64,000 nt of DNA from Desulfobacterales bacterium (GTDB lineage: Bacteria > Desulfobacterota > Desulfobacteria > Desulfobacterales > UBA5616), in assembly GCA_046483495.1 (NCBI GenBank), contig JAWODC010000044.1, positions 1 to 64,000 on the forward strand, read 5' to 3'. The translations under genes were made by a program, and so were the position numbers. Shown here in pieces: positions 19,282 to 27,734 of this stretch (position 1 is the first letter of the stretch; each line of letters starts with the position of its first letter). The notes under the pieces were generated by a model, which was not told the DNA's origin, made no database searches, and saw only the letters and a list, made by a program, of their open reading frames with translations.

Positions 19282-20067
19282 ATGTATGTTGCAGGAATCG
19301 ATATCGGATCAGCCGCTTCTAAATCTGTAATTCTGAATGAAAAAGGCATACTGGCATCCCATGTCATGGAAACCGGACCTCGAAGCAGAGCCACCGCTGA
19401 AGAAGCTCTTCAAGGGGTTTTGAATAAAGGGAATCTTACGCACGCGGATCTGGAATACATCGTGGCCACCGGATACGGACGGATCAACGTCCCCAGTGCG
19501 AACGAAATCATTACGGAAATCGCCTGTCATGCCAAGGGCGTACATGCGGTTTTTCAACATGCTCGAACGATTCTGGACATGGGTGGACAGGACTGCAAGG
19601 CCATTCGCATCGACAAAACGGGTCGGCACGTGGGATTTGCAATGAACGATAAATGCGCAGCCGGAACCGGGCGGTTCCTCGAAATCATGGCACAGATGCT
19701 GAAGGTGCCGTTGGAGGAGATCGGTCCTCTGTCACTCGAAGCGGGGGATGACATTAAAATAAGTAATGTCTGTGTGGTATTTGCCAGGTCCGAAGTCGCC
19801 CGGCATTTGCGCAGGGGAATCAAAAAGGCGGATATTCTCGGAGGACTGCACGCTTCCATCGCCGACCGGGTCTACGGACTGCTAAAGCGGGTCGGAATTG
19901 AATCGGAGTTCGTGATATCGGGGGGAATCGGCAAAAACATCGGTGTCGTCAAGCGTGTCGAGGCAAAGGTCGGCCTATCCGCCCATATTTCATACGATCC
20001 TCAGATCATCGGGGCTCTTGGCGCGGCATGCTTTGCAAAAGAAAGGGGATGCGAACGGGCATCATAA
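19282..20067 (+). CDS. ASKHA-type [4Fe-4S] activase subunit (BzdQ/HgdC-like)
   Basis: Likely start MYVAGIDIGS at 19282; ATGYGR, EIACHAKG, DMGGQDCK, MNDKCAAGTGRF, CVVFA. Confidence 0.9.
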   Translation: MYVAGIDIGSAASKSVILNEKGILASHVMETGPRSRATAEEALQGVLNKGNLTHADLEYIVATGYGRINVPSANEIITEIACHAKGVHAVFQHARTILDMGGQDCKAIRIDKTGRHVGFAMNDKCAAGTGRFLEIMAQMLKVPLEEIGPLSLEAGDDIKISNVCVVFARSEVARHLRRGIKKADILGGLHASIADRVYGLLKRVGIESEFVISGGIGKNIGVVKRVEAKVGLSAHISYDPQIIGALGAACFAKERGCERAS

Positions 20068-20183
20068 CAGACCGTTTTTGTGTTTGTGTTCGACAGACGA
20101 AAACGATATACATAGTGTATGTATTTATCATTTCTTCACCCGGCGGACATGCTTACTGTATGGTCTGCAACAAGGGATTCGCT

Positions 20184-22271
20184 ATGGATTTAAAAGAATA
20201 CTGCCCGGAAAAACTGGCGACCGCTGAAGAAGCGGTATCGCACATTAAACCGGGCAGCCGTGTTTTTATCGGCACCGGGGCCGGAGAACCGTCACATTTG
20301 GTCAAAGCCATGATCAATAATGACAATTTGTACGACATCATGATTTATCAGATGTTGTCATGGACCCTGGCGGACTATATCAACGATGAGAATTTCCTGT
20401 CGCGTTTTTCCTTGAAACTTTTCTTTATAAGCAGCAATATGCGGGATGCGGCCTTTCAAGGGAAGATCGACTACATACCCGCCTATATTTCGAAAATCCC
20501 CACCCTGTTCGCCACCCGTCAAATCGGATTGGATGTGGCACTTGTGCAGGTAAGTCCACCCGATGAATTCGGTTATTGCAGCCTCGGCATATCCGTGGAC
20601 ATCACCCGGGCGGGATTGGAGCACGCCGGAATGGTTATCGCCCAGATAAATCCGAGAATGCCCCGCACTTTCGGTGCAACATACGTTCATGTAGACGAAG
20701 TGGATTACCTGGTGCTGCACGAAGAGCAGCTGGTCGAAACCGTTAGGACCGGACGAAGCCGGGAAAGAGAAGTTACTGAGAGAATCGGGCATTACGTTTC
20801 ACAACTGGTGGATGACGGCGCTACACTCCAGATCGGATTTGGATTTTTACCCCTTTCCATTTTGCGTTACCTGGACGACAAGAAGGATCTGGGTATCCAC
20901 ACCCAGATGATTACGGACTCTTTTCTACCCCTTTTTAAAAAAGGGGTGATCAACAATCGAAAAAAAACCCTGCTCCCCGGCATGGTGGTGGCTTCCCTGT
21001 GCATGGGCACCGAGAAAATATACCAGTATGTCGATCGGAATCCCATGTTTTATTTCCGCTCTTCGGACTTTGTAAACGATCCCATTCAAATTGCCCGAAA
21101 CGACAACATGATTTCCATCAGCTCCGCACTCGAAGTGGACCTGACCGGACAGGTATGTTCGGACTCCATGGGCTCGCTTTTCTACAGCGGGATCGGCGAT
21201 CAGGTGGATTTTTTAAGAGGGTGCTCCATGTCCAAAGGCGGCATCTCCATCATCGCATTGCCCTCAACAGCCAAAAATGGAACGGTTTCCCGGATTGTAC
21301 CGTTTCTCAGCGAAGGGGCCGGCGTTGCCACAACGCGGGGGGATGTCGATTTTGTCGTGACGGAATACGGAATCGCCGCCCTCCAGGGAAAAGGAATTTA
21401 TCAACGCGTCATGGAACTGGCCCAGATCGCTCATCCGGATTTCCGCTCCGAACTTATCGATTTGGCAAAAAAGCGCCGCTATATATTCGCCGACCAGCTG
21501 CCGCCTGCCCAGGAAGATTTGCTGTTCATCGAGAAGTATAAAAGCACCATTACGCTGAAAAACGGCAAATCCATGGAGGTAAGGCCTCTGCTGCCGTCAG
21601 ATGAATTCGCCTTCCGCAACTTTTACTATTCCCTCCAGGAACATACGATTTTTCTTCGGTTCTTCTACGATATGAAATTGTTTTCTCATGAAGTCGTTCA
21701 AATGGAATGGTCCAAGGTCGATTATCGCAAAAATATGTCGCTTATCGGGTTGATCAAGGTGGGTGGACATAAAGAAATCAAGGCAATTGGTTCTTATGCG
21801 GAGGGAGGAAATGACACAGCGGAAATTGCATTCGTCATCAGTGAAGAGTTCCAGGGGCTGGGGATCGCTTCTCAGCTTCTGGACAAACTCGAAAAAATCG
21901 CCCGGGAAAACGGCTATAAGCGTTTTGGTGCCTCCGTTATGAGAGAGAATATGGCTATGCTGCGGGTTTTTCGGAAAAAATACCCCAACGCCGAAATTAC
22001 CCTGAGCGACACGGATGAATACCGCGTTATCATGGAATTCGATGAACCAAAAAAGAAAGCGCGGCGGCTGCTTGCAGAGGAAATGAAAAAAAAGGTAATG
22101 AACGATTTGAAGCACCGGGTTGAAGATGAATTTTCGAAGGTCTTCTGGAATGATTTTAAGCGGGTCGAGGCATTCGATGCACTGGTGGAGGATATGACGC
22201 GAAAGGAGACGAATCCCGATCAGGTAGCAAGGGAATTTGTATCGAAATGGCTGATGGGGAAAAAACCATAA
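20184..22271 (+). CDS. Acetyl-CoA hydrolase/4-hydroxybutyrate CoA-transferase-like domain fused to a GNAT, with a helical C-terminal tail
   Basis: Likely start MDLKEY at 20184; QVSPPDEFGYCSLG, GATLQIG, GIGDQVDF, VVTEYG; GNAT AEIAFVISEEFQGLGIA. Confidence 0.88.
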   Translation: MDLKEYCPEKLATAEEAVSHIKPGSRVFIGTGAGEPSHLVKAMINNDNLYDIMIYQMLSWTLADYINDENFLSRFSLKLFFISSNMRDAAFQGKIDYIPAYISKIPTLFATRQIGLDVALVQVSPPDEFGYCSLGISVDITRAGLEHAGMVIAQINPRMPRTFGATYVHVDEVDYLVLHEEQLVETVRTGRSREREVTERIGHYVSQLVDDGATLQIGFGFLPLSILRYLDDKKDLGIHTQMITDSFLPLFKKGVINNRKKTLLPGMVVASLCMGTEKIYQYVDRNPMFYFRSSDFVNDPIQIARNDNMISISSALEVDLTGQVCSDSMGSLFYSGIGDQVDFLRGCSMSKGGISIIALPSTAKNGTVSRIVPFLSEGAGVATTRGDVDFVVTEYGIAALQGKGIYQRVMELAQIAHPDFRSELIDLAKKRRYIFADQLPPAQEDLLFIEKYKSTITLKNGKSMEVRPLLPSDEFAFRNFYYSLQEHTIFLRFFYDMKLFSHEVVQMEWSKVDYRKNMSLIGLIKVGGHKEIKAIGSYAEGGNDTAEIAFVISEEFQGLGIASQLLDKLEKIARENGYKRFGASVMRENMAMLRVFRKKYPNAEITLSDTDEYRVIMEFDEPKKKARRLLAEEMKKKVMNDLKHRVEDEFSKVFWNDFKRVEAFDALVEDMTRKETNPDQVAREFVSKWLMGKKP

Positions 22272-22424
22272 ATCATTTCAATGTTGCACATTAGGATGAA
22301 TTATACTACGGCTACCCACATCTCCGAAGAGGGTATGCGGGTTTTTAGCCTTTATTCCATTGCGTTAACCGGTAATTGACGTCAACCCCTGTCTATTTTT
22401 ACCAACACATATGAGGAGGATTTT

Positions 22425-23555
22425 ATGAGTCAAAAGGAATGTGCAATTGTGGGATTGGGATATACTCCTCAGGGAAAATGTCCTGATTGGACGGTTAGGG
22501 AGCTTTTCCTTGAAGCCAGTGTCAATGCCATTTCCGATGCGGGAATGAAGCCGCACGACATCGACGGCATTCTCGTTGAACTTTGCTGGACGGATCCCAT
22601 GACGCAGTGCTGGTCCCTTCAGCAGGATTTGGGAATTCCGGAACTGTCCCTGTCGGCCAATTACGATTCAATGGGCGCTTCCGGCGGCTGCAAAATTCAG
22701 TTGGCCCAATGGGCTATTCAAAACGGAATCTGCAAGAACGTACTGATCGCATTCGTCGAAAAATCGGCTACTGCGCCTGCAGTACCTTACAGGAGCAGCC
22801 CCGGCCCGACCATGGCGTACGGTCTGCACGGAGCCATGCACGGAATCGCGATGGCCGCCATGCGGCACAAACTGCTCTATGGGACAAAAAGCGAGCAGCT
22901 CGGGGAAGTGGCGGTGACATTTAGAAAGCATGCCAACCTGAATCCGAATGCCCAGATGTATGGCCGCCCCATGACCCTCGAAGACCACCAGAACTCCAGG
23001 ATGGTGTCGGAACCGCTGCACTTGTATGACTGCTGTCTGGTTTCCGACGGCGGCCGCGCAGCCGTGGTCACTTCGGCGGAGCGCGCAAAAGACTGCCCGC
23101 AATCGCCTGTATATGTTATGGGATATGGTCAAGGCCATGTCAAAATGGATCTGGTGGAACGAAATACACTGGAGGATACCGGTGCCCGGCTGTCCGGTGA
23201 ACACGCATTTAGAACCGCCGGGATTCAGCACAAGGACATCGATGTGCTTGGGCTGTATGACGCCACCTCACACAATATTATCACCCAGCTCGAAGAACTG
23301 GGATTCTGTGAACGGGGGGAAGGCGGCGCTTTTGTCGAAAACGGGCGCTTGGGATTGGATGGTGAATTTCCGACCAACACCTCGGGCGGCATGCTTTCCG
23401 AAGCCTACCTGCAGGGATGGACCGGTATCCCGGAGGTGGTCAGCCAATTGAGGGGCAATAGCGGCGAACGCCAGGTTAAAGATGCTAAAATCGGACTTGT
23501 AACGAATCAGGGCGGGTTTATCGCCTTTCACTCAACACTAATTCTGCGGAGGTGA
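22425..23555 (+). CDS. Thiolase-fold protein, SCP-x/Ltp2-like aldolase
   Basis: HANLNPNA, PLHLYDCCLVSDGG, LYDA, NTSGGMLSEAY; no catalytic Cys at the MGASG position. Confidence 0.85.
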   Translation: MSQKECAIVGLGYTPQGKCPDWTVRELFLEASVNAISDAGMKPHDIDGILVELCWTDPMTQCWSLQQDLGIPELSLSANYDSMGASGGCKIQLAQWAIQNGICKNVLIAFVEKSATAPAVPYRSSPGPTMAYGLHGAMHGIAMAAMRHKLLYGTKSEQLGEVAVTFRKHANLNPNAQMYGRPMTLEDHQNSRMVSEPLHLYDCCLVSDGGRAAVVTSAERAKDCPQSPVYVMGYGQGHVKMDLVERNTLEDTGARLSGEHAFRTAGIQHKDIDVLGLYDATSHNIITQLEELGFCERGEGGAFVENGRLGLDGEFPTNTSGGMLSEAYLQGWTGIPEVVSQLRGNSGERQVKDAKIGLVTNQGGFIAFHSTLILRR

Positions 23556-23561
23556 TCGATC

Positions 23562-23987
23562 ATGACAAATGAATTTCCAAAACCGGAACCTGCCATAACG
23601 CCCGAGACAAAACCTTTCTGGGATGCGGCCAAAAATAAGGATTTTATGCTGGTTAAATGCACGGAATGCGGGACGTTCAGGAACCCGGTTTCCATTACGG
23701 GCAATATATGCCCCGAATGCGGATCCCGAAAACCGGGAGAATGGGTTAAAGCCAGCGGCAAAGGCAAGGTTCATACGTATACCGCGGTTCATCGTACATT
23801 CCACCCGGCATTTGAAAAAGAGCTTCCTTATATTCTGGTAATTGTCGAGCTCGATGAAGGGCCGCGGTATCTCGCCAATATGCGGGAAGCCGAACCGGGG
23901 GATATGAAGCTGGACATGCCGGTGGAGGTCATATTTGAAAAGCTGACCGACGATATTATGCTTCCTCAGTTTCGGCCGGCCAAATAA
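23562..23987 (+). CDS. DUF35 Zn-ribbon/OB-fold protein (partner of the thiolase-fold enzyme)
   Basis: PFWDA, CTEC...CPEC, ASGKGKVHTYT, VELDEGPR. Confidence 0.92.
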   Translation: MTNEFPKPEPAITPETKPFWDAAKNKDFMLVKCTECGTFRNPVSITGNICPECGSRKPGEWVKASGKGKVHTYTAVHRTFHPAFEKELPYILVIVELDEGPRYLANMREAEPGDMKLDMPVEVIFEKLTDDIMLPQFRPAK

Positions 23988-24288
23988 ATTCTCTCGGCAC
24001 ATTACATCACGGGGGCGGCCCGGACTCGCCCCCGCCGGCTGAATGCGTTCGCCGGGCGGTCAACGGTTCCCCCAAGGCGGCGGATGATTGCCGATTCAGC
24101 GTTTTTCGATCCTGCCGGATTGCCGGTTCTTGTCGGAATGAAACTGTCTACCCTTGGGAAAAATACTATCCATCAAATGATGGAAGCGGTTCATTGAGCC
24201 GAAGCGTTCATCACTGAATCGGTTATTCCCGGCCATGAACGTTATTCGGATTCATTTTTGACCTTTTGCTGGACAAAGGAGGCTTCCA

Positions 24289-25077
24289 ATGGAATACAAG
24301 GACATCATCGTCGAACAAAAAGAGCACCTGACAATCGTAACGATTAACCGGCCCAATGTCATGAACGCGATAAACCCAATGACAAGCCTTGAGCTGGAAC
24401 ATGTGTTCGATGCATTCAACGAAGATCCGGAGGCATGGGTGTGCATCATCACCGGTGCCGGAGAGAGGGGCTTTTGCGTGGGGAATGATTTAAAATTTCA
24501 TGCCGAAAATATGGCGAAAATGGCCGAACTCAATGCCAAGCTGAAATGCGGTTTTGGAGGCATAACCGAGCGGTACGACTGCTTCAAGCCGATCATCGCC
24601 GCCGTCAACGGAATGGCATTGGGCGGCGGATTCGAAATCGCCCTATCATGCGACATCATTATCGCTTCTGAAAATGCAGCATTCGGTCTGCCTGAACCCC
24701 GCGTCGGCCTTATGGCACTGGCCGGCGGTGTACACCGCTTGTCCCGGCAAATTCCCTATCATACAGCAATGGGAATGATCCTCGGGGCCAAGCGCATCAC
24801 CCCTCACCAAGCCTTGTCCTACGGTATTGTCAACGAAGTGGTTGCGCCGGAAAAGCTGATGGAAACCGCCGAAAATTGGGCGAATGAAATCATGCTGGGA
24901 GCCCCTCTGTCGCTTCGCGCGTCAAAAGAAGCCGTTATAAAAGGGGCCGACCTGCCGCTGGACAAGGCGGTTGCCGCCTACTTCCCCGGCACGCTTAAAA
25001 TGATGAATTCGGAGGATATGATCGAAGGGCCCACCGCATTCGCTCAGAAACGAAAGCCGAATTGGAAGGGCCGATAA
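24289..25077 (+). CDS. Enoyl-CoA hydratase (crotonase family)
   Basis: INRPNVMNA, FCVGNDLK, KPIIAAVNGMALGGGFE, FGLPEPRVG. Confidence 0.93.
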   Translation: MEYKDIIVEQKEHLTIVTINRPNVMNAINPMTSLELEHVFDAFNEDPEAWVCIITGAGERGFCVGNDLKFHAENMAKMAELNAKLKCGFGGITERYDCFKPIIAAVNGMALGGGFEIALSCDIIIASENAAFGLPEPRVGLMALAGGVHRLSRQIPYHTAMGMILGAKRITPHQALSYGIVNEVVAPEKLMETAENWANEIMLGAPLSLRASKEAVIKGADLPLDKAVAAYFPGTLKMMNSEDMIEGPTAFAQKRKPNWKGR

Positions 25078-25158
25078 AAAATGGCCTTTTGGATCACCAT
25101 TTCGGCCGATGAATAGCATCAACAAACAAACTGTATTTTAATCAAAGGAAGATGACAT

Positions 25159-26346
25159 ATGGATTTTGGATTTACACCTGAACAGGAGGCTTTCCGTGCC
25201 GAGGTTAAGGCGTTTATAGAAAAAGAAGTTCCAAAAAAATGGAAGGATCTTGGATACGGGATATGGGAAGAAGATGATGAATCGTGGGAAATGACCCGGG
25301 ACTGGTTTCGAAAAATGGGCCAAAGAGGGTATCTCTCACTGACGTGGCCCAAGGAATACGGAGGACAGGAACGGTCTCATATTTACCAGCTTATCCTCGA
25401 TGAAGAAATGTCCCGGGCGGGAACCCCCTCGGGGATTGAAACCATGATTACTATTGGATGGGTTTGTCCGACCATCATGGTATTCGGCACCCCCGAACAA
25501 AAGGAAATGATCCTGCCGAAAGCGGCCGGAGGCGAGCTGGTCTTTTGTCTGGGCTACAGCGAGCCGGACGCCGGATCGGACCTTGCCGGCGTTCGGACAA
25601 CAGCCGTCGAAGAGGGCGATGCCTTTATCATCAGCGGCCAAAAAATCTGGACCACTATCGGTCACCGGGCGGATTACTGCTGGTTGGTCGCCAGAACGGA
25701 TCCGGATGCGCCAAAACACAAAGGGTTGAGTATGTTCATCGTGGATATGAAAACACCGGGGATAAAGGTAAATCCATTGATCAATATTCTTGGGTTTCAT
25801 TCCTTTAACGAAGTGTTTTTCGATGACGTCCGGGTTCCGAAAAAAAATCTCGTGGGCCAAAAAAACATGGGCTGGTACCAGCTGGCCATGGCCTTGGATC
25901 ATGAACGTTCAGGAGTGGGAACACCGGCGGCCCTGAAACGTATGATCGATGAACTGGTTCACTACTGCAAAACCACCCGTCGGGAAGGTAAGCTGCTGGC
26001 CGATGATCCCGTCGTCCGGAAAAAATTGGCCCACGTTGCCTTGGAAGCTGAAATCTTGAGAATGATTTGTTTTCGGGTGACTTCGATCCAGGCTAAAGGA
26101 AACGTTCCGAATTATGAAGCCTCCATGGCCAAAGTGATGACAACCGAAATAATGGAACGAACGAGCAATATCGCACTGAGTATACTGGGTCCCTATGGAC
26201 AGCTGGATCGCGGCTCCCGAAGAGCTCCCCTTGGCGGAATGTTTCTCAGACAGTTCCTGCATTCGCCGTCCTCGGTCGGGGGCGGGACGTCTGAAATTCA
26301 GAGAAATATTATTGCCATGAGGGGGTTGGGGCTGCCCAGGCAGTAA
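25159..26346 (+). CDS. Acyl-CoA dehydrogenase, FadE26-like alpha subunit
   Basis: WPKEYGG, LGYSEPDAGSDLA, GQKIWT, FNEVFFD, LDHER, GGTSEIQRNII. Confidence 0.92.
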   Translation: MDFGFTPEQEAFRAEVKAFIEKEVPKKWKDLGYGIWEEDDESWEMTRDWFRKMGQRGYLSLTWPKEYGGQERSHIYQLILDEEMSRAGTPSGIETMITIGWVCPTIMVFGTPEQKEMILPKAAGGELVFCLGYSEPDAGSDLAGVRTTAVEEGDAFIISGQKIWTTIGHRADYCWLVARTDPDAPKHKGLSMFIVDMKTPGIKVNPLINILGFHSFNEVFFDDVRVPKKNLVGQKNMGWYQLAMALDHERSGVGTPAALKRMIDELVHYCKTTRREGKLLADDPVVRKKLAHVALEAEILRMICFRVTSIQAKGNVPNYEASMAKVMTTEIMERTSNIALSILGPYGQLDRGSRRAPLGGMFLRQFLHSPSSVGGGTSEIQRNIIAMRGLGLPRQ

Positions 26347-26427
26347 CAGGCAATAACGATGGGAAGACCATGCGTTTCGGGAAAGTGGTTCTATCATGGT
26401 CAAGCAAAACCCCTGAAAGGAAATGTT

Positions 26428-27630
26428 ATGGAATTTCAATTCAACGAAAAGGAAAACGCTTTCAGGAAGCAAGTGGAGCAATTTCTCCAGGCGGAATTGC
26501 CCCCCGACTGGCCCGGAAAATCTACGCATTGGCCCGGCGGCTACGGTTCCATGGAAATGCGCGATGATCCGGAGCTTGTTGAATCGGCTCGCCGGTTCAG
26601 GAAAAAATTGGCCCAAAAGGGATGGCTGACCATCGCCTGGCCCAAGGAATACGGTGGAAAACAGTATACCTACATGGAGCAGGCCATATACGACGAGCGC
26701 ATCAGTTATTACCGGGCCCCGGGAACGGGCATCGGCGTGGGAATTGCCGGTCCGACCATTCTGCATTTCGGGACCGATCAGAACAAAAAAGAATGGATCC
26801 CCAGAATCGCCGGTGGAGAAATAGAAATGTGGTTGGGGTACAGTGAGCCGGATTCCGGGAGCGATCTGGCCAGTATTCAGACGACGGCCGTCGAAGACGG
26901 GGATCACTACATCGTAAACGGACAGAAGATATGGAGCACGATTGCCCATATTGCGGATTATGCCTGGATGATTGTCAGAACCGATCCGGATGCCCCGAAG
27001 CATAAGGGCATCAGTTTTTTAATCGTCGATAATGCCTCACCCGGCGTCACCATTCGCCCCCTCATCAATATTGTCGGTGTTCACTCGTTCAACGAAGTTT
27101 TTTTTGACAATGTTCGAGTGCCGAAAAAAAATCTGATCGGCGAGAAGAATATGGGGTTCTACTACCTGATGCTGGCCCTGGATTTTGAACGCCTGATGGT
27201 AGGGATCGGCGGTTTCAAAAGGGTTCTGGAAGAATTGACGGCGGTTGTCCATGAGTCCAAAAGAGACAAAAGGCGGTTGGCGGATTACGAGGACGTCAGA
27301 AAAAAGCTCGCCCTTATTTCCACGAAACTGGAGATCGCCTATATGTTTTTTTGGAGAACTGCCGAAAAACTGGACAAGGGGCAGAACACCAGTGTAGAAG
27401 CCTCTGCATTGAAATTGAGCTGCACCGAACTGAGCCGCCAACTGGCCAATGTCGCCATGGAAATCCTTGGGCCTTACAGCCAATTGATGATGTCCTCGAA
27501 GTATGCGCCTTTCAGGGGAATGGCGCCAAGAGGATACCTGGACTGCATATCGGCGACAGTCGGTGCAGGGTCATCGGAAATAATGCGAAATATTATCGCC
27601 GTCAGGGGGCTGGGACTGCCCCGAAAGTGA
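26428..27630 (+). CDS. Acyl-CoA dehydrogenase, FadE26-like alpha subunit
   Basis: Likely start MEFQF at 26428; GYSEPDSGSDLA, FNEVFFD, LDFER, AGSSEIMRNII. Confidence 0.92.
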   Translation: MEFQFNEKENAFRKQVEQFLQAELPPDWPGKSTHWPGGYGSMEMRDDPELVESARRFRKKLAQKGWLTIAWPKEYGGKQYTYMEQAIYDERISYYRAPGTGIGVGIAGPTILHFGTDQNKKEWIPRIAGGEIEMWLGYSEPDSGSDLASIQTTAVEDGDHYIVNGQKIWSTIAHIADYAWMIVRTDPDAPKHKGISFLIVDNASPGVTIRPLINIVGVHSFNEVFFDNVRVPKKNLIGEKNMGFYYLMLALDFERLMVGIGGFKRVLEELTAVVHESKRDKRRLADYEDVRKKLALISTKLEIAYMFFWRTAEKLDKGQNTSVEASALKLSCTELSRQLANVAMEILGPYSQLMMSSKYAPFRGMAPRGYLDCISATVGAGSSEIMRNIIAVRGLGLPRK

Positions 27631-27734
27631 ATCATCGGTCTGGATTAGGGGTGACGCTTTGATTAAACCGCATGAGAAAATGCTTCAAGACACCCTGAAT
27701 TATCCGCGATTTCCAATCGGAAGGAGAATATCAA

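Noticed and set aside
15911..20067. Naming these genes bzdNOPQ/bcr as a benzoate pathway
   Set aside because: Downstream ring-cleavage genes are not recognisable and the catalytic subunits fit dehydratases equally well; phylogeny is needed.
25159..27630. Nucleotide similarity between the two ACAD genes as a repeat element
   Set aside because: Explained by paralogy of the coding sequences.
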